Shown here: positions 17,628 through 28,757 of the stretch, in pieces | Layout of the letters: each line of letters starts with the position of its first letter | How positions within the stretch are numbered: the first letter of the stretch is position 1 | From: Bacilli bacterium | Lineage (GTDB): Bacteria; Bacillota_I; Bacilli_A; RF39; UBA660 | DNA length: 64,000 bases | NCBI GenBank assembly: GCA_017934595.1 | Contig: JAGBJG010000008.1 | Location: forward strand, 723 to 64,722 | Direction: 5' to 3' | The notes under the pieces: generated by a model | What the model saw: the letters and a program-made list of their open reading frames with translations, nothing else | Told to the model about the DNA's origin: nothing | Database searches by the model: none | Position numbers and translations under genes: made by a program

Positions 17628-18524
17628 ATGGATAAAATAACTATTGTAACAGCGTTTTTTGATATAGGAAGAAAAGATTTTAAGGAAATACCTAGAAGTA
17701 ATGATAAGTATTTAGAATACTTTAAATTTTGGGCAAGAATTAAAAATGATTTAGTTATCTATACTGATAGTGTGATGGGACCAAAAGCCATGAAAGTAAG
17801 AGAAGAATTTGGTCTTAAAGATAAAACTAAACTAGTTATTATTGATGATATATCTACTATTGATAAAGAATTATTAGAAAGAATGCAAACAATTGATGGT
17901 AGTAAATCATTTTTAAATTTTAGATATAATCCAAACGCTACAGAAAATAATGGTCTTTATAATTATGTTATGTTGCTTAAAGCATGGTGTATAAAAGATG
18001 CTTCAGATAATGGTGTAAAGGGCCAAATAGCATGGTTAGATTTTGGTTATAATCATGGTGGGAAAAGATTTACTGATCCACTAGATTTTGATTTCGAGTG
18101 GAAATATGACTTTGGAAATAAGGTAACCTTATTTGCGTTAAAAGAAGATGATGGAGAACCTATATTTAAGAAAGTTCAATCTTTAGATCCTATTATTATG
18201 GGGGCGCCTTTTATAGTTCCAAGTAAATATGCTAATACTTTATGGGAATTAGAAAAAGAGTGTATGAATGAATTAATTGATGTAGGCTTTACTGATGATG
18301 ATCAGTTAATTATGCTTATGGCTTATAGAAAAAAGAAAGATATGTTTGATGTAAAAATCAGTGATTGGTTTATGCCAATTAGAGATTTTGGTGGAACTCA
18401 TTTAAAATATAAAGAATTATTCCAAGCTAAGAAAAATTTATTATATAGATATCGTGTAATAAAAAGAAATAATAGATATTTAAAAAGATTTAAAAAAGAG
18501 TTTTTAAAAGATTATTTAGATTAG
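17628..18524 (+). CDS. HtrL/YibB (WlaTC)-like putative glycosyltransferase
   Basis: The N-terminus ITIVTAFFDIGRKDFKEIPRSNDKYLEYFKFWARIKN resembles the HtrL_YibB family signature as I recall it. Confidence 0.5.
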   Translation: MDKITIVTAFFDIGRKDFKEIPRSNDKYLEYFKFWARIKNDLVIYTDSVMGPKAMKVREEFGLKDKTKLVIIDDISTIDKELLERMQTIDGSKSFLNFRYNPNATENNGLYNYVMLLKAWCIKDASDNGVKGQIAWLDFGYNHGGKRFTDPLDFDFEWKYDFGNKVTLFALKEDDGEPIFKKVQSLDPIIMGAPFIVPSKYANTLWELEKECMNELIDVGFTDDDQLIMLMAYRKKKDMFDVKISDWFMPIRDFGGTHLKYKELFQAKKNLLYRYRVIKRNNRYLKRFKKEFLKDYLD

Positions 18525-18533
18525 AGGTGTCAT

Positions 18534-19466
18534 ATGAAATTTAGTATAGTCATACCTGTTTATAATGTGGAAAAGTATATAGCTAAATGTTTAGATAGTA
18601 TTAAGAGTCAAACTTATGCTAATTATGAAGTTATCATTGTTAATGATGGTACTAAAGATAATTCTGTTGATGTGATAAATAAATATTTATCTGATCCAAG
18701 ATTTGCATTATATAACAAAAAAAATGGTGGATTATCTGACGCTAGAAATTATGGTATTAAATATGTAACTGGTGACTACATTATCTTTATTGACAGTGAT
18801 GACTATATTGAACCTGATTTGCTTAATAATTTAAATAATATTTTAAAGGAAAATGAATATGATATTATTAAGTATAAAATTAATATGGTAGATGATAAAG
18901 GTGCTTTAATTAGAAAAGAGGTATCTGATTTAGTAGAAGGTAAAATCGATTTAAAAGAAATTTTATCATTCGAATATTCAGAACCTGCATGGGCTTATGC
19001 ATATAATAAAGATTTCTTTATTAAAAATAAATTTATGTATCCCAAAGGACGTATACATGAAGATTTTGGATTAACTCCATATATATTAGTAAAAGCAAAT
19101 AGTATATATTATATGGATTACTATGGATATAATTATGTCCAAAGGGAAAATAGTATCGTTAATGGGTCTGAAAAAGCACGAAGAAGATGTGAAGATATGT
19201 TATATCATTTCGATAGCTTATATATATTGATATCAAATGATAATACTATATCAGAAGAAAATAAAAAATTAATATATAGTTATTTAGCTAATGGTGTAAT
19301 ATTAAAAGGTAATATCTTGGATAAGACTAATTTAAAATGGTATATTAAAGAAATCAAAAGTAGAGATATTACTAAATATTTAGCTTCTGATACATTAATA
19401 AGAAAGATGAAGAAACTATTTATAAAATTAAATATTTCTGCATACATTAAATCAACAACTAGATAG
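18534..19466 (+). CDS. GT2-family glycosyltransferase
   Basis: MKFSIVIPVYNVEKYIAKCLDSIKSQTYANYEVIIVNDGT...DSDD. Confidence 0.85.
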   Translation: MKFSIVIPVYNVEKYIAKCLDSIKSQTYANYEVIIVNDGTKDNSVDVINKYLSDPRFALYNKKNGGLSDARNYGIKYVTGDYIIFIDSDDYIEPDLLNNLNNILKENEYDIIKYKINMVDDKGALIRKEVSDLVEGKIDLKEILSFEYSEPAWAYAYNKDFFIKNKFMYPKGRIHEDFGLTPYILVKANSIYYMDYYGYNYVQRENSIVNGSEKARRRCEDMLYHFDSLYILISNDNTISEENKKLIYSYLANGVILKGNILDKTNLKWYIKEIKSRDITKYLASDTLIRKMKKLFIKLNISAYIKSTTR

Positions 19467-19476
19467 GAGAGATATT

Positions 19477-20799
19477 ATGAATATATCAAAAAGAAGTTTG
19501 AACATAATAGTGATATCTATTTATGTAATAACATTATTATGTGGTGCAGGGGCATTAATTTCAAATGATACAATTGAATTTGTAAGAAAAATATTAATGT
19601 TTACTTTACCTACACTAATGAATGCTTCTATGTTAATAGATCAAAAAGGAAATTTTAGTAAAATAAAAGATTATAAAGGTTATTTAATATTAATTATATT
19701 AAATCTTACATGGTATATTGTAACTATTATATTTGGTATTAATATTGGTGGTCAATCATTAACAGGATTTATTAATTTTACTAATATAATTTTATTAGTA
19801 TTCTTTATAACTCATGTTAATATTGATGAAGAAAATAAGAAAAAAATTATTAATGCATTTATATATTCAGCATTAATATGTTCTGTATATGGTATCTTAC
19901 AATATATATTTAAGTTTGATTTGAATACATTTTCGAATGATAAATATCCTGGTATAAATGGTAGAGTACCATCTACATTTTTCTTACCAACTTTATATGA
20001 TAAATATGCATGTATAATGTTCGCATTAGTATCATATTTAACATTAAAAGAAGATAAGTTATTATATAAAATATTATATGTAATAATAGGTATTAATATT
20101 GTGTTGACATTCTCAAGAGGTGGATTCATCGCGTTAATAATTGTTGTTTTAGTACATATTATTAGAACCATAATGTTAAAGAAATGGACTAATTTAATAT
20201 TACCATTATTATTAGTTATAATATCATTCTTAATACCTGGATTTGCATATTTATTCCAAAATACAGCTAATTATGTGTATGAAAAATTACATATTCCAAC
20301 TAATTTAAGGATGAGTCTTGTAGAGGAAGTGTCTGATGATTCAGTATCTACTGATCCAGAAGATGATATGTCTATAAGTTTTAGAAATTATTATAAAGGA
20401 ATTGGAAAACAAATTATTAAAGAATATCCAGTTTTAGGTATAGGATTAAATAACTATTCTTATATTTATAATAATCAAAATGTAACTTTATATATTGAAG
20501 ATACATCTGTTCTTGAAGAAAATCTTCCTTATATGTATCCACATAGTGGTTTTGTACAAATGGGTGCGGAGACAGGATATGTAGGATTAGTATTAATACT
20601 AGTATATCTGATATATGTATGTTATGATTATATTAGATATAGTGATAATAAATTTAAGTATTTTCCACTATTAATATTAGTATTATTCTTCTTAGGTAAC
20701 TATACAGAAAGCTTAATACAAAATAAACAATATATGTATATATTTATAATATTCTATGGTTTATTTAGTAATAGATATGAATTAAAGAAAAAGAAGTGA
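19477..20799 (+). CDS. wzy: Wzy_C-domain protein (O-antigen polymerase/ligase family), probable repeat-unit polymerase
   Basis: 440 aa, polytopic. Motifs TFSRGGFIAL, GIGLNNYSYIY and PHSGFVQMGAETGYVGL. Confidence 0.7.
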   Translation: MNISKRSLNIIVISIYVITLLCGAGALISNDTIEFVRKILMFTLPTLMNASMLIDQKGNFSKIKDYKGYLILIILNLTWYIVTIIFGINIGGQSLTGFINFTNIILLVFFITHVNIDEENKKKIINAFIYSALICSVYGILQYIFKFDLNTFSNDKYPGINGRVPSTFFLPTLYDKYACIMFALVSYLTLKEDKLLYKILYVIIGINIVLTFSRGGFIALIIVVLVHIIRTIMLKKWTNLILPLLLVIISFLIPGFAYLFQNTANYVYEKLHIPTNLRMSLVEEVSDDSVSTDPEDDMSISFRNYYKGIGKQIIKEYPVLGIGLNNYSYIYNNQNVTLYIEDTSVLEENLPYMYPHSGFVQMGAETGYVGLVLILVYLIYVCYDYIRYSDNKFKYFPLLILVLFFLGNYTESLIQNKQYMYIFIIFYGLFSNRYELKKKK

Positions 20800-20803
20800 T
20801 TAT

Positions 20804-21766
20804 ATGAAAGTTAGTATTATTGTACCAGTATACAATGTAGAAAAATATATTGATAAATGTTTATCTAGTTTAGTTAATCAGACTTTAAAAGATATCGAAA
20901 TTATTGTCGTAGATGACGATAGTCCTGATAACTCAAAAACTATAATAGATAAATATGTAAAAAAATATCCTAAAAAGGTTAGATATTTCCATAAAGAAAA
21001 TGGTGGACAAGGATCTGCTAGGAATTTAGGATTATCTAAAGCTAAAGGTGACTACATTGCCTATGTTGATAGTGATGATTATATTGAACCTAATATGATG
21101 GAAAAGATGTATAACAAAGCTATTCAAGATAATAGTGATATCGTTATATGTGGTAATAGGGAAGTAGATGAATCAGGTAAAGAGTTAAATATCAACTTAT
21201 CCACAGTATATAATAATCCTATTATTGATAGTATTTATGGCAATATGGCTGTATGGAATAAAATATATAAAAAAGATATTTTAAAAGATATGCTTTTTAG
21301 AGAAAAACTATGGTATGAAGATATTGACTTTACAACTAAACTTATTTTATCTACTGATAAAATATCGTTTATAAATGAACCATTATATAACTATTTAGTT
21401 AGATCTGGTTCTACTATGAATAATAAAAACTATAAAAGAAATTTAGAGTTGTTACCAGCTTTTGATGAAATAATTAAATATTTTAAAGCTAAGAAAACAT
21501 ATAAGAAAAATTACGATGAATTAGAATTTATTGCTTTCTATCATATATATGTAATGGGTATTGGTAGAATAATAAGTATCGATGCTCCAATGAAAGATAA
21601 AAAAGAAATTATCAATGCTTATAAAAAATATATGAAAGATAATTTTAAGACATTTAGAAAAAATAAGTATATTAAATATATGAGTAGAAATAGAAAGATA
21701 GTGTATAGACTTATTGATTTAAATTTATATAATACTATTAAGTTTATATTAGAGGTGAAAGCATGA
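20804..21766 (+). CDS. GT2-family glycosyltransferase
   Basis: MKVSIIVPVYNVEKYIDKCLSSLVNQTLKDIEIIVVDDDS...DSDD. Confidence 0.85.
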   Translation: MKVSIIVPVYNVEKYIDKCLSSLVNQTLKDIEIIVVDDDSPDNSKTIIDKYVKKYPKKVRYFHKENGGQGSARNLGLSKAKGDYIAYVDSDDYIEPNMMEKMYNKAIQDNSDIVICGNREVDESGKELNINLSTVYNNPIIDSIYGNMAVWNKIYKKDILKDMLFREKLWYEDIDFTTKLILSTDKISFINEPLYNYLVRSGSTMNNKNYKRNLELLPAFDEIIKYFKAKKTYKKNYDELEFIAFYHIYVMGIGRIISIDAPMKDKKEIINAYKKYMKDNFKTFRKNKYIKYMSRNRKIVYRLIDLNLYNTIKFILEVKA

Positions 21767-22941
21767 AAAAACTTACTATTTTAGCTTTACATCTTGGATA
21801 TGGTGGAATAGAAAACGCGGTTAGTTCATTAGCTAATAACTTATGTAATACATATGATATTGAAATTGTATCAGTTTATAAATTATATGATAAACCAGCA
21901 TATAAATTAAACAATAAAATTAATATAACTTATCTAATTAATAGTGATATAGCTATTAGAGTAGATGAATATAAAAAAATACTTAAAAAAGGTAAAATAA
22001 TAAAATTATTTAAAGTTTTATTTAGAGATTATAAACTTAATATATTTAAATTAATAGGTGATACATTTATTAGTATCAAAACTCTTAATGATAAGAAAAA
22101 TCTTTTAATAGAGTATATTAAAAATATGAAAACTGATATAGTCATATCTACAAGAAGTGAACATAATATACTTGTAAGTAAATATGCCAAAGATTGTAAA
22201 AAGATAGCATGGGAACATAATCATGGGGATATAAATTATATTAATGATGTTATAGATAGTTGCTACAACATAGATAGTTTAGTATTAGTATCAAAAGAAT
22301 TATATAATTTATATAAAGAGAATAATAAAAATAATAAATTGAATTTATTTTATGTACCAAATGTAATAGATAGTGTACCAAGTAAAACATCAAAATTAGA
22401 TAATAAAAAATTAGTATCAGTTGGTAGATTAGTTGAAGTAAAAGGCTTTGATGATATGATTGATGTAATGAAATTAGTTCATCAAAAAGATAAAGATGTT
22501 ACTCTTGAAATAATAGGTGATGGGGATCTATATGGCCATTTAAATCAAAAAATAAAAGATAATAATTTAGATGAAGTAATAACATTAGCAGGTTTTAAAG
22601 ATAAAAAATATATCAACGATTCATTAGCTAACTCATCATTATTTATATTAACATCACATTCAGAATCTTTTGGTATAGTTGTTATTGAAGCTATGGCTGC
22701 AGGTGTACCAACAGTCGCATTCTCATCTGCTGAAGGATTAAGAGAATTAATAAATAAAGATAATGGTATATTAATAGATAATAGAAATATTAATGATATG
22801 GCTTCCAAAATTATTGAATTACTTAATGATAGAAAACAACTTAAGGCTATGGGTAAATGCTCATATAAAAATTCATTAAATTATACACCTAATAAGGTTT
22901 ATAAATTGTGGTTAGATGTTATGAATGGTAAAAATGAATAA
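21763..22941 (+). CDS. GT4-family glycosyltransferase
   Basis: SHSESFGIVVIEAMAAGVPTVAF motif; the start overlaps the upstream gene (ATGA). Confidence 0.8.
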   Translation: MKKLTILALHLGYGGIENAVSSLANNLCNTYDIEIVSVYKLYDKPAYKLNNKINITYLINSDIAIRVDEYKKILKKGKIIKLFKVLFRDYKLNIFKLIGDTFISIKTLNDKKNLLIEYIKNMKTDIVISTRSEHNILVSKYAKDCKKIAWEHNHGDINYINDVIDSCYNIDSLVLVSKELYNLYKENNKNNKLNLFYVPNVIDSVPSKTSKLDNKKLVSVGRLVEVKGFDDMIDVMKLVHQKDKDVTLEIIGDGDLYGHLNQKIKDNNLDEVITLAGFKDKKYINDSLANSSLFILTSHSESFGIVVIEAMAAGVPTVAFSSAEGLRELINKDNGILIDNRNINDMASKIIELLNDRKQLKAMGKCSYKNSLNYTPNKVYKLWLDVMNGKNE

Positions 22942-23013
22942 TAAAATATAAAATGGGTATAATACTAATGTATTATTCCTTTTTTGTATATAAATAAAAA
23001 TGGAATAATGGGG

Positions 23014-23042
23014 TTGACTTTTTTCGTTATTATTGATATTAT
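23014..23042 (+). promoter_or_regulatory. Sigma-A-type promoter of the pilin gene
   Basis: TTGACT (23014..23019) -17- TATTAT (23037..23042), downstream of a hairpin terminator at about 22957..22990. Confidence 0.6.
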
Positions 23043-23072
23043 TATATTGTAGTAAGATAAGGTGGTGAGAAT

Positions 23073-23477
23073 ATGAATAAGAAAGGATTTACATTAATCG
23101 AATTATTAGCTGTAATCGTTATTTTAGCTATCATCGCATTAATCGTTACTCCAGTTGTTTCTAACATTATTTCTTCTGCTAAGAAAGCTGCAAATGCTCG
23201 TTCAGTAGAAGGTCATGTTAAAAATATCGAATATGCAATTATCCAAAAAGCATTCGAAGAAGGTACTGGTGACTTAGGTATATACAATGTAGCAGCTCCA
23301 GGTGGTGCTTTATCAGCTTCAGTTGATGCATTATTACCAGATGGTGATAAAATTACTTGTGAAAAATATACTATAGTAAATGGTACAGTTACAAAAGCTG
23401 AAACTTGTACTGCAGAAGGTTGGGGTACTGGTAACACATTTAATTATGCTGAAGGTTCAGGTGCTACTGCTCAATAG
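23073..23477 (+). CDS. Type IV pilin / pseudopilin (prepilin-type N-terminal cleavage/methylation domain)
   Basis: MNKKGFTLIELLAVIVILAIIALIVTPVV is a canonical G|FTLIE class III signal with Glu+5. It is 134 aa, and its GCT/GGT/ACT-rich codon usage suggests high expression. Confidence 0.9.
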   Translation: MNKKGFTLIELLAVIVILAIIALIVTPVVSNIISSAKKAANARSVEGHVKNIEYAIIQKAFEEGTGDLGIYNVAAPGGALSASVDALLPDGDKITCEKYTIVNGTVTKAETCTAEGWGTGNTFNYAEGSGATAQ

Positions 23478-23479
23478 CA

Positions 23480-23508
23480 AAAAAATAAGTGCTTAGGCAC
23501 TTTTTTTG
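23480..23508 (+). terminator. Rho-independent terminator after the pilin gene
   Basis: A-run, then aagtgc-ttag-gcactt, then T7. Confidence 0.8.
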
Positions 23509-23544
23509 ATGTCTTTTTTTTGCTATAATTATACTGGTGGTATT

Positions 23545-24951
23545 ATGAAAAAGATAGAGGATACTATTGGTGACATTTTAAAATTAAATATGAGTAAGGA
23601 ATCCGTAGACAAATTTAATATATATTTAATTATTTTTGGCTTAATTACTATGATGATTCCTAAAGCTTTATATAATTTTAAAATTGTAGAAATTCCAGAT
23701 TTGTATAATTATTTTTTGTTTTTATTAATACCAATGGTATATATTTTTATATACAACATCAAAAAAAAATATCACAAAAATTCTATTGATTTTATATTCT
23801 TAACAATATTCATGGTAATTGTTTTTGTATCTAGTTTACATGCGTTTAATCCATGGATAGCATTCTTCGGTGATGCAAGTAGAAAAACTGGATTTTTAAC
23901 ATATATTATCTATTATTTTATTTATATTAATTCAAAAAATATAAATAATAAAGAAGATGTATTTAAAATACTTAATATAATGTTTATTATAGGAATTATA
24001 AATACTATATTTGCATTATTACAATCATATTTACCATATAATAATATCTTTAATAAGCTATATGTAAATATGGCATATGGACTTATTGGTAATCCTAACT
24101 TTTTGGCAACTTTTGCCTTATTGCTGCTATCATTAAGTTTGTATATATCATTATTTATAAATAATAATAAATTTTACAAAATTGTATCTTATATAATGTT
24201 TGTATGTTTAGTATTATCTTCATCTACTGGACCTTTTCTAACATTTATATTATTACTATGTAGTTTATTTATATATATACTTATTAAAAAAAGAGATAAA
24301 CTAAAGAAATTAATAATATATACAGTAGTATTTATATTATTATTTATTGGTATAGAGGGATCAAGTATATATATAAATCAAAAAATATATAAGTATGAGG
24401 TAAAGAAAACAGGATTAATCAGTAAAGATATTACAAATATAATTAATATAATTGGGAATAAATTTTCATATAAAGATACGGTTAGTGATAATGTGGAATT
24501 GGATTATGAATATGATAAAGTTGATGCTGTCAATGCAGTATCATCTGGTAGATTATCTTTATATAAAATAGTTGCTAGATATATTAGTCAAGGTAATTAT
24601 ATTTGGTTAGGAACAGGCCCTGATAATATGAATATATATCATATAGATTGGGTTGATTCAAATAATCGTACGACGATGACAAATTATGATAAAGCTCATA
24701 ATGTTTATTTAAATGTACTAGCTGAAACAGGTATATTTAGTTTAATAGTTTATATAGCTTGGATAGTAAGTTATCATTTAAAAACAAAAAAATGCAAAAA
24801 TGAGTTAATGTATCTTTTATTATTTGGATTAATAAGTTATAATATACAAGGATTATTTAATATTGATGTATTTATGGTTATGCCGTATTATTTTATAATA
24901 GCAGGTATGCTTATGGGAATAGGTGATAAACTTGAAACAAGAAAACATTAG
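23545..24951 (+). CDS. Second Wzy_C / O-antigen-ligase-family polytopic membrane protein (candidate O-oligosaccharyltransferase)
   Basis: Start moved to ATG 23545 (MKKIEDT). Motifs [35 protein letters not shown] and [20 protein letters not shown] are typical of the WaaL/PglL/TfpO-type family. Confidence 0.7.
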   Translation: MKKIEDTIGDILKLNMSKESVDKFNIYLIIFGLITMMIPKALYNFKIVEIPDLYNYFLFLLIPMVYIFIYNIKKKYHKNSIDFIFLTIFMVIVFVSSLHAFNPWIAFFGDASRKTGFLTYIIYYFIYINSKNINNKEDVFKILNIMFIIGIINTIFALLQSYLPYNNIFNKLYVNMAYGLIGNPNFLATFALLLLSLSLYISLFINNNKFYKIVSYIMFVCLVLSSSTGPFLTFILLLCSLFIYILIKKRDKLKKLIIYTVVFILLFIGIEGSSIYINQKIYKYEVKKTGLISKDITNIINIIGNKFSYKDTVSDNVELDYEYDKVDAVNAVSSGRLSLYKIVARYISQGNYIWLGTGPDNMNIYHIDWVDSNNRTTMTNYDKAHNVYLNVLAETGIFSLIVYIAWIVSYHLKTKKCKNELMYLLLFGLISYNIQGLFNIDVFMVMPYYFIIAGMLMGIGDKLETRKH

Positions 24952-26728
24952 AAACTTTTCTATAATCGCACATATAGATCATGGTAAATCAACATTAGCT
25001 GATAGAATCTTAGAAATTACAAATGCTGTAACAGAAAGAGAAGCTAAAGAACAATTACTTGATAATATGGATATAGAAAGGGAAAGAGGCATTACAATTA
25101 AATTAAATGCCGTACAATTACACTATAATTATAAAAATGAAGATTATATACTTCATTTAATAGATACTCCAGGTCATGTTGATTTTACATATGAAGTATC
25201 TAGAAGCTTAGCTGCTTGTGAAGGAGCTATCTTAGTTGTAGATGCTGCTCAAGGTATTGAAGCTCAGACATTAGCTACTTTATATCAAGCTTTAGATAAT
25301 AATTTAAGAATTATTCCGGTAATTAATAAAATAGATTTACCTAATGCGGATCCTGATAAAGTAAAAAAAGAATTAGTTGAAATTGGTTTCGATGAAGATG
25401 AGATACTTTTATGTTCAGCTAAAACAGGTGTAGGAATTAAAGAATTAGTTGAAGCTATTATTGATAGAGTTCCATCACCTAAAGGAGATATAAATAAACC
25501 ATTACAAGCATTAATATTTGATAGTTACTATGATTCTTATAGAGGAGTAGTTGCGTTAGCTAGAATAGTTAATGGTAGAATTAAATTGGGTGACAAGATG
25601 CATCTGATGGCTTCAAATGCTAATTATGATGTAGTAGAATTAGGTATTACTAATCCTAATAAAGTTGATAAAAAAGAATTAGTAGCAGGTGAAGTTGGAT
25701 TTATCTGTGGAAGTATTAAAGATATTAGAACTGTTAAAGTAGGAGATACTATAACACTAGAAGAAAATCCTTCTAAAGAACCTTTAAAAGGGTATAAGGC
25801 AATGAAGCCAATGGTATTCTCTGGATTATACCCACTTGAATCTTCTAAGTTTCCATTACTTAGAGATGCATTAGATAAATTAAAATTAAATGATGCATCA
25901 TTAGAATTTGAACCTGAAACATCTGAGGCATTAGGTTTTGGATTTAGATGTGGATTCTTAGGTCTATTACATATGGATATTATAGAAGAGAGAATTGAAA
26001 GAGAGTTTAATATAGAAATTATCGCGACTGCTCCTTCAGTTATTTATGAAGTAGATATGACAGATGGATCTACTATTATGGTAGATAATCCAGCTAATAT
26101 GCCTACTAGAGAAAAAATCAAATCAATTAAAGAACCTTATATTAAAACGAATATATTTGTTCCAAGTGAATATATAGGCGCGGTTATGAAACTATGTCAA
26201 GATAAAAGAGGTATTTATGTATCAATGGAATATGTAACTCCTACAAGAGTAAATATTCACTATGAGATACCTTTATCAGAAATAGTATATGATTTCTTTG
26301 ATAAATTAAAATCATCAACTAAAGGATATGCTTCATTCGATTATGAGATAATTGGATATAAACCAAGTGACTTAGTTAAGATGGATATCTTACTTAATGG
26401 TGATACAGTTGACGCTTTATCAATGATTGTACATAAAGATTTCGCGTATAATAGAGGTAAAGCTATTGTAAATAACTTAGCTAAATTGATTCCAAGACAA
26501 CAATTCCAAGTACCAGTACAAGCATCAATTGGTAATAAAGCCATTGCTCGTGCGGATATAAAAGCTGTTAGAAAAGATGTTTTGGCTAAGTGTTATGGTG
26601 GAGACGTATCACGTAAAAGAAAATTGCTAGAAAAACAAAAAGAAGGTAAGAAAAGAATGAAACAAGTTGGTAGTGTAGAAGTACCACAAGAAGCATTCTT
26701 ATCAATCTTATCTATGGATGATGAATAA
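24932..26728 (+). CDS. lepA: Elongation factor 4 (LepA)
   Basis: [32 protein letters not shown]. The probable start is TTG 24932, 5 nt after AGGTGA, overlapping the upstream gene. Confidence 0.95.
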   Translation: MKQENIRNFSIIAHIDHGKSTLADRILEITNAVTEREAKEQLLDNMDIERERGITIKLNAVQLHYNYKNEDYILHLIDTPGHVDFTYEVSRSLAACEGAILVVDAAQGIEAQTLATLYQALDNNLRIIPVINKIDLPNADPDKVKKELVEIGFDEDEILLCSAKTGVGIKELVEAIIDRVPSPKGDINKPLQALIFDSYYDSYRGVVALARIVNGRIKLGDKMHLMASNANYDVVELGITNPNKVDKKELVAGEVGFICGSIKDIRTVKVGDTITLEENPSKEPLKGYKAMKPMVFSGLYPLESSKFPLLRDALDKLKLNDASLEFEPETSEALGFGFRCGFLGLLHMDIIEERIEREFNIEIIATAPSVIYEVDMTDGSTIMVDNPANMPTREKIKSIKEPYIKTNIFVPSEYIGAVMKLCQDKRGIYVSMEYVTPTRVNIHYEIPLSEIVYDFFDKLKSSTKGYASFDYEIIGYKPSDLVKMDILLNGDTVDALSMIVHKDFAYNRGKAIVNNLAKLIPRQQFQVPVQASIGNKAIARADIKAVRKDVLAKCYGGDVSRKRKLLEKQKEGKKRMKQVGSVEVPQEAFLSILSMDDE

Positions 26729-26752
26729 CATTACTTAGGTAATGTTTTTTTC
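26727..26752 (+). terminator. Rho-independent terminator after lepA
   Basis: aacattac-ttag-gtaatgtt followed by T6. Confidence 0.8.
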
Positions 26753-26781
26753 ATTTTCACATATAATTTATTGGTGGTTAT

Positions 26782-27018
26782 ATGAAATTGTCAGATGTTA
26801 GAAATTATATACTTGAAAAAGGATTTGAAATTCGTTTAACTTCTAAGTATATAGATATTGTAAACTATACTGATATTGGACACTTTGATACTAGTAATAT
26901 AACTATTTATTATAAAGATGGCAGTGTATTAATAAAGGGTAGTAATATGACTATAAATAAACTTTTAAATAATGAAGTATTTATAGTAGGTAATATAAAC
27001 ACTATAGAACTGAGATGA
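26782..27018 (+). CDS. yqfC: Sporulation protein YqfC
   Basis: 78 aa, C-terminus ...NEVFIVGNINTIELR, immediately upstream of yqfD as in Bacillus. Confidence 0.7.
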   Translation: MKLSDVRNYILEKGFEIRLTSKYIDIVNYTDIGHFDTSNITIYYKDGSVLIKGSNMTINKLLNNEVFIVGNINTIELR

Positions 27019-27022
27019 TTAA

Positions 27023-28162
27023 ATGAATACAGTTTTAATTAATGTTAAAGGTAGAAATATTAATAATTTTATATATAAACTCCATAATAGCAAAATAAAT
27101 ATACTTAAAATAAAATATCTAAATAGTAAAGAAATAGATATAGAAGTATATTATAAAGATATAGATTTAATAAATGATATAAAAGGTATATATGAAATTA
27201 GTATAAAGAAATATAAAGGTATAAAAAGAATTAAAAATATGATTAATTATCATAAATTTTTTATTATATCTATATTTATAGGTATTTTAATTTTATATAT
27301 CTTAACTAATATTATTTATGATGTAGATATAATCTATAGTGGATCTAAATTAAAAGAAGATTTAACATATGAATTAAGAAAATATGGGATAACTAAATAT
27401 AGTTTTTCTAAAGATTATGATGCCTTAGAGAATATAAAAAATAAAATACTTATAGATATGAAAGATGAATTAGAATGGTTAACTATAGAAAAGAATGGTA
27501 CTAAATATATAGTTACTTTAGAACCTAGGAAAATAAATGGTAATGATAAAGATGATACTATTTATAATATAATAGCTAAAAAAGATGGAATTATTAAAAG
27601 AATGGATGTATCATCTGGTGATATAGTTAAAAATATTAATGATTATGTTAAAAAAGGTGATGTCATCGTAAGTAGTAATATTATGTTAAATGATAATTTA
27701 AAAACTAAAGTAAGAGCTTTAGGGGAAATATATGGTGAAGTTTGGTATAAAGTTCATATTGAATATCCACTTAATTATTATGAAGAAAAAGAAACAGGTA
27801 AGAAAAAGACAATTTATAATATTAAATTCATGGATAGATATATAGGAATAAATGGATTTAAAAATAAAAAGATAGAAGATATTTCTATCATAAAAAATGA
27901 CATTTTACCTATATCTATAAATAAACAAATACAAAGGGAAATAGAAATAATTGATTATAAATTAGGATACGAAGAAGCTTTATTAAAAGCACATCAATCT
28001 GCTAGAAAAAAGATAATGGATAGATTAGATGAAAATGAGTATATAATCGATGAAAAAGATTTGAAATATGAACCTAAAGATAGTAAAATAGTATTAGATA
28101 TCTTTTATACAGTGTATGAAAGTATAGGCGAGAGTGTAGGTGATATAGATGTTGTTCAGTGA
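27023..28162 (+). CDS. yqfD: Sporulation protein YqfD (stage IV sporulation)
   Basis: 379 aa with a single central TM (FFIISIFIGILILYILTNIIY). Size and position match yqfD. Confidence 0.7.
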   Translation: MNTVLINVKGRNINNFIYKLHNSKINILKIKYLNSKEIDIEVYYKDIDLINDIKGIYEISIKKYKGIKRIKNMINYHKFFIISIFIGILILYILTNIIYDVDIIYSGSKLKEDLTYELRKYGITKYSFSKDYDALENIKNKILIDMKDELEWLTIEKNGTKYIVTLEPRKINGNDKDDTIYNIIAKKDGIIKRMDVSSGDIVKNINDYVKKGDVIVSSNIMLNDNLKTKVRALGEIYGEVWYKVHIEYPLNYYEEKETGKKKTIYNIKFMDRYIGINGFKNKKIEDISIIKNDILPISINKQIQREIEIIDYKLGYEEALLKAHQSARKKIMDRLDENEYIIDEKDLKYEPKDSKIVLDIFYTVYESIGESVGDIDVVQ

Positions 28163-28757
28163 TAATATAAAAGCAATTCTAATAGATATGTGGCCAACTA
28201 TCCTTTTAATAACAGTAGTGGCATTATCAATGAGATTAACTTATGTATTAAAAAATAAAGAAAAATTTGTTTTATACAAAGATTTAATGTTTTATTTCTT
28301 TATAACATATATACTATGTTTATTCTATGTTGTAACATTCCAAGATGTGTCTTGGTCAACATCTAATTTCATACCATTTAAAGAAATATTAAGATATAGT
28401 ATAGGTTCAAGCCTATTTTATAAAAATGTACTTGGTAACATGGTTATGTTTGTACCATTTGGATTCTTTGTATCATATTTCTTGAAACTAGAAAAAGTTT
28501 ATGGTATAACTTTAATTACATTATTAACATCTATAACTATTGAGGTAACTCAATTACTTATAGGTAGAGTATTTGATGTTGATGATTTATTACTTAATTT
28601 AGTAGGTGGTGTATTTGGATATTTACTATATGAGGTAATACATAAAGTAAGAATTAAATTACCTAATTTCTTGAAAAAAGATTATATCTATAATATAATA
28701 ATGATACTTTTAATAATTGTATTTGGATTTTATGTAGTAAAGGTGGTTTTTGCATGA
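28149..28757 (+). CDS. VanZ-like family membrane protein
   Basis: Four TM helices; EVTQLLIGRVFDVDDLLLNLVGGVFGYLLY is a VanZ-type C-terminal motif. Confidence 0.7.
   Translation: MLFSDNIKAILIDMWPTILLITVVALSMRLTYVLKNKEKFVLYKDLMFYFFITYILCLFYVVTFQDVSWSTSNFIPFKEILRYSIGSSLFYKNVLGNMVMFVPFGFFVSYFLKLEKVYGITLITLLTSITIEVTQLLIGRVFDVDDLLLNLVGGVFGYLLYEVIHKVRIKLPNFLKKDYIYNIIMILLIIVFGFYVVKVVFA

Noticed and set aside
16649-20850. Repeated 5' ends of the three GT2 genes (ATGAAAGTTAGTAT...CCAGTATA at 16649 and 20804, and similar at 18534) as a mobile or repeat element
   Set aside because: The similarity is explained by paralogous coding sequence for the conserved GT2 N-terminus (MK(V/F)SI(I/V)(V/I)PVYN) and is not an independent repeat.
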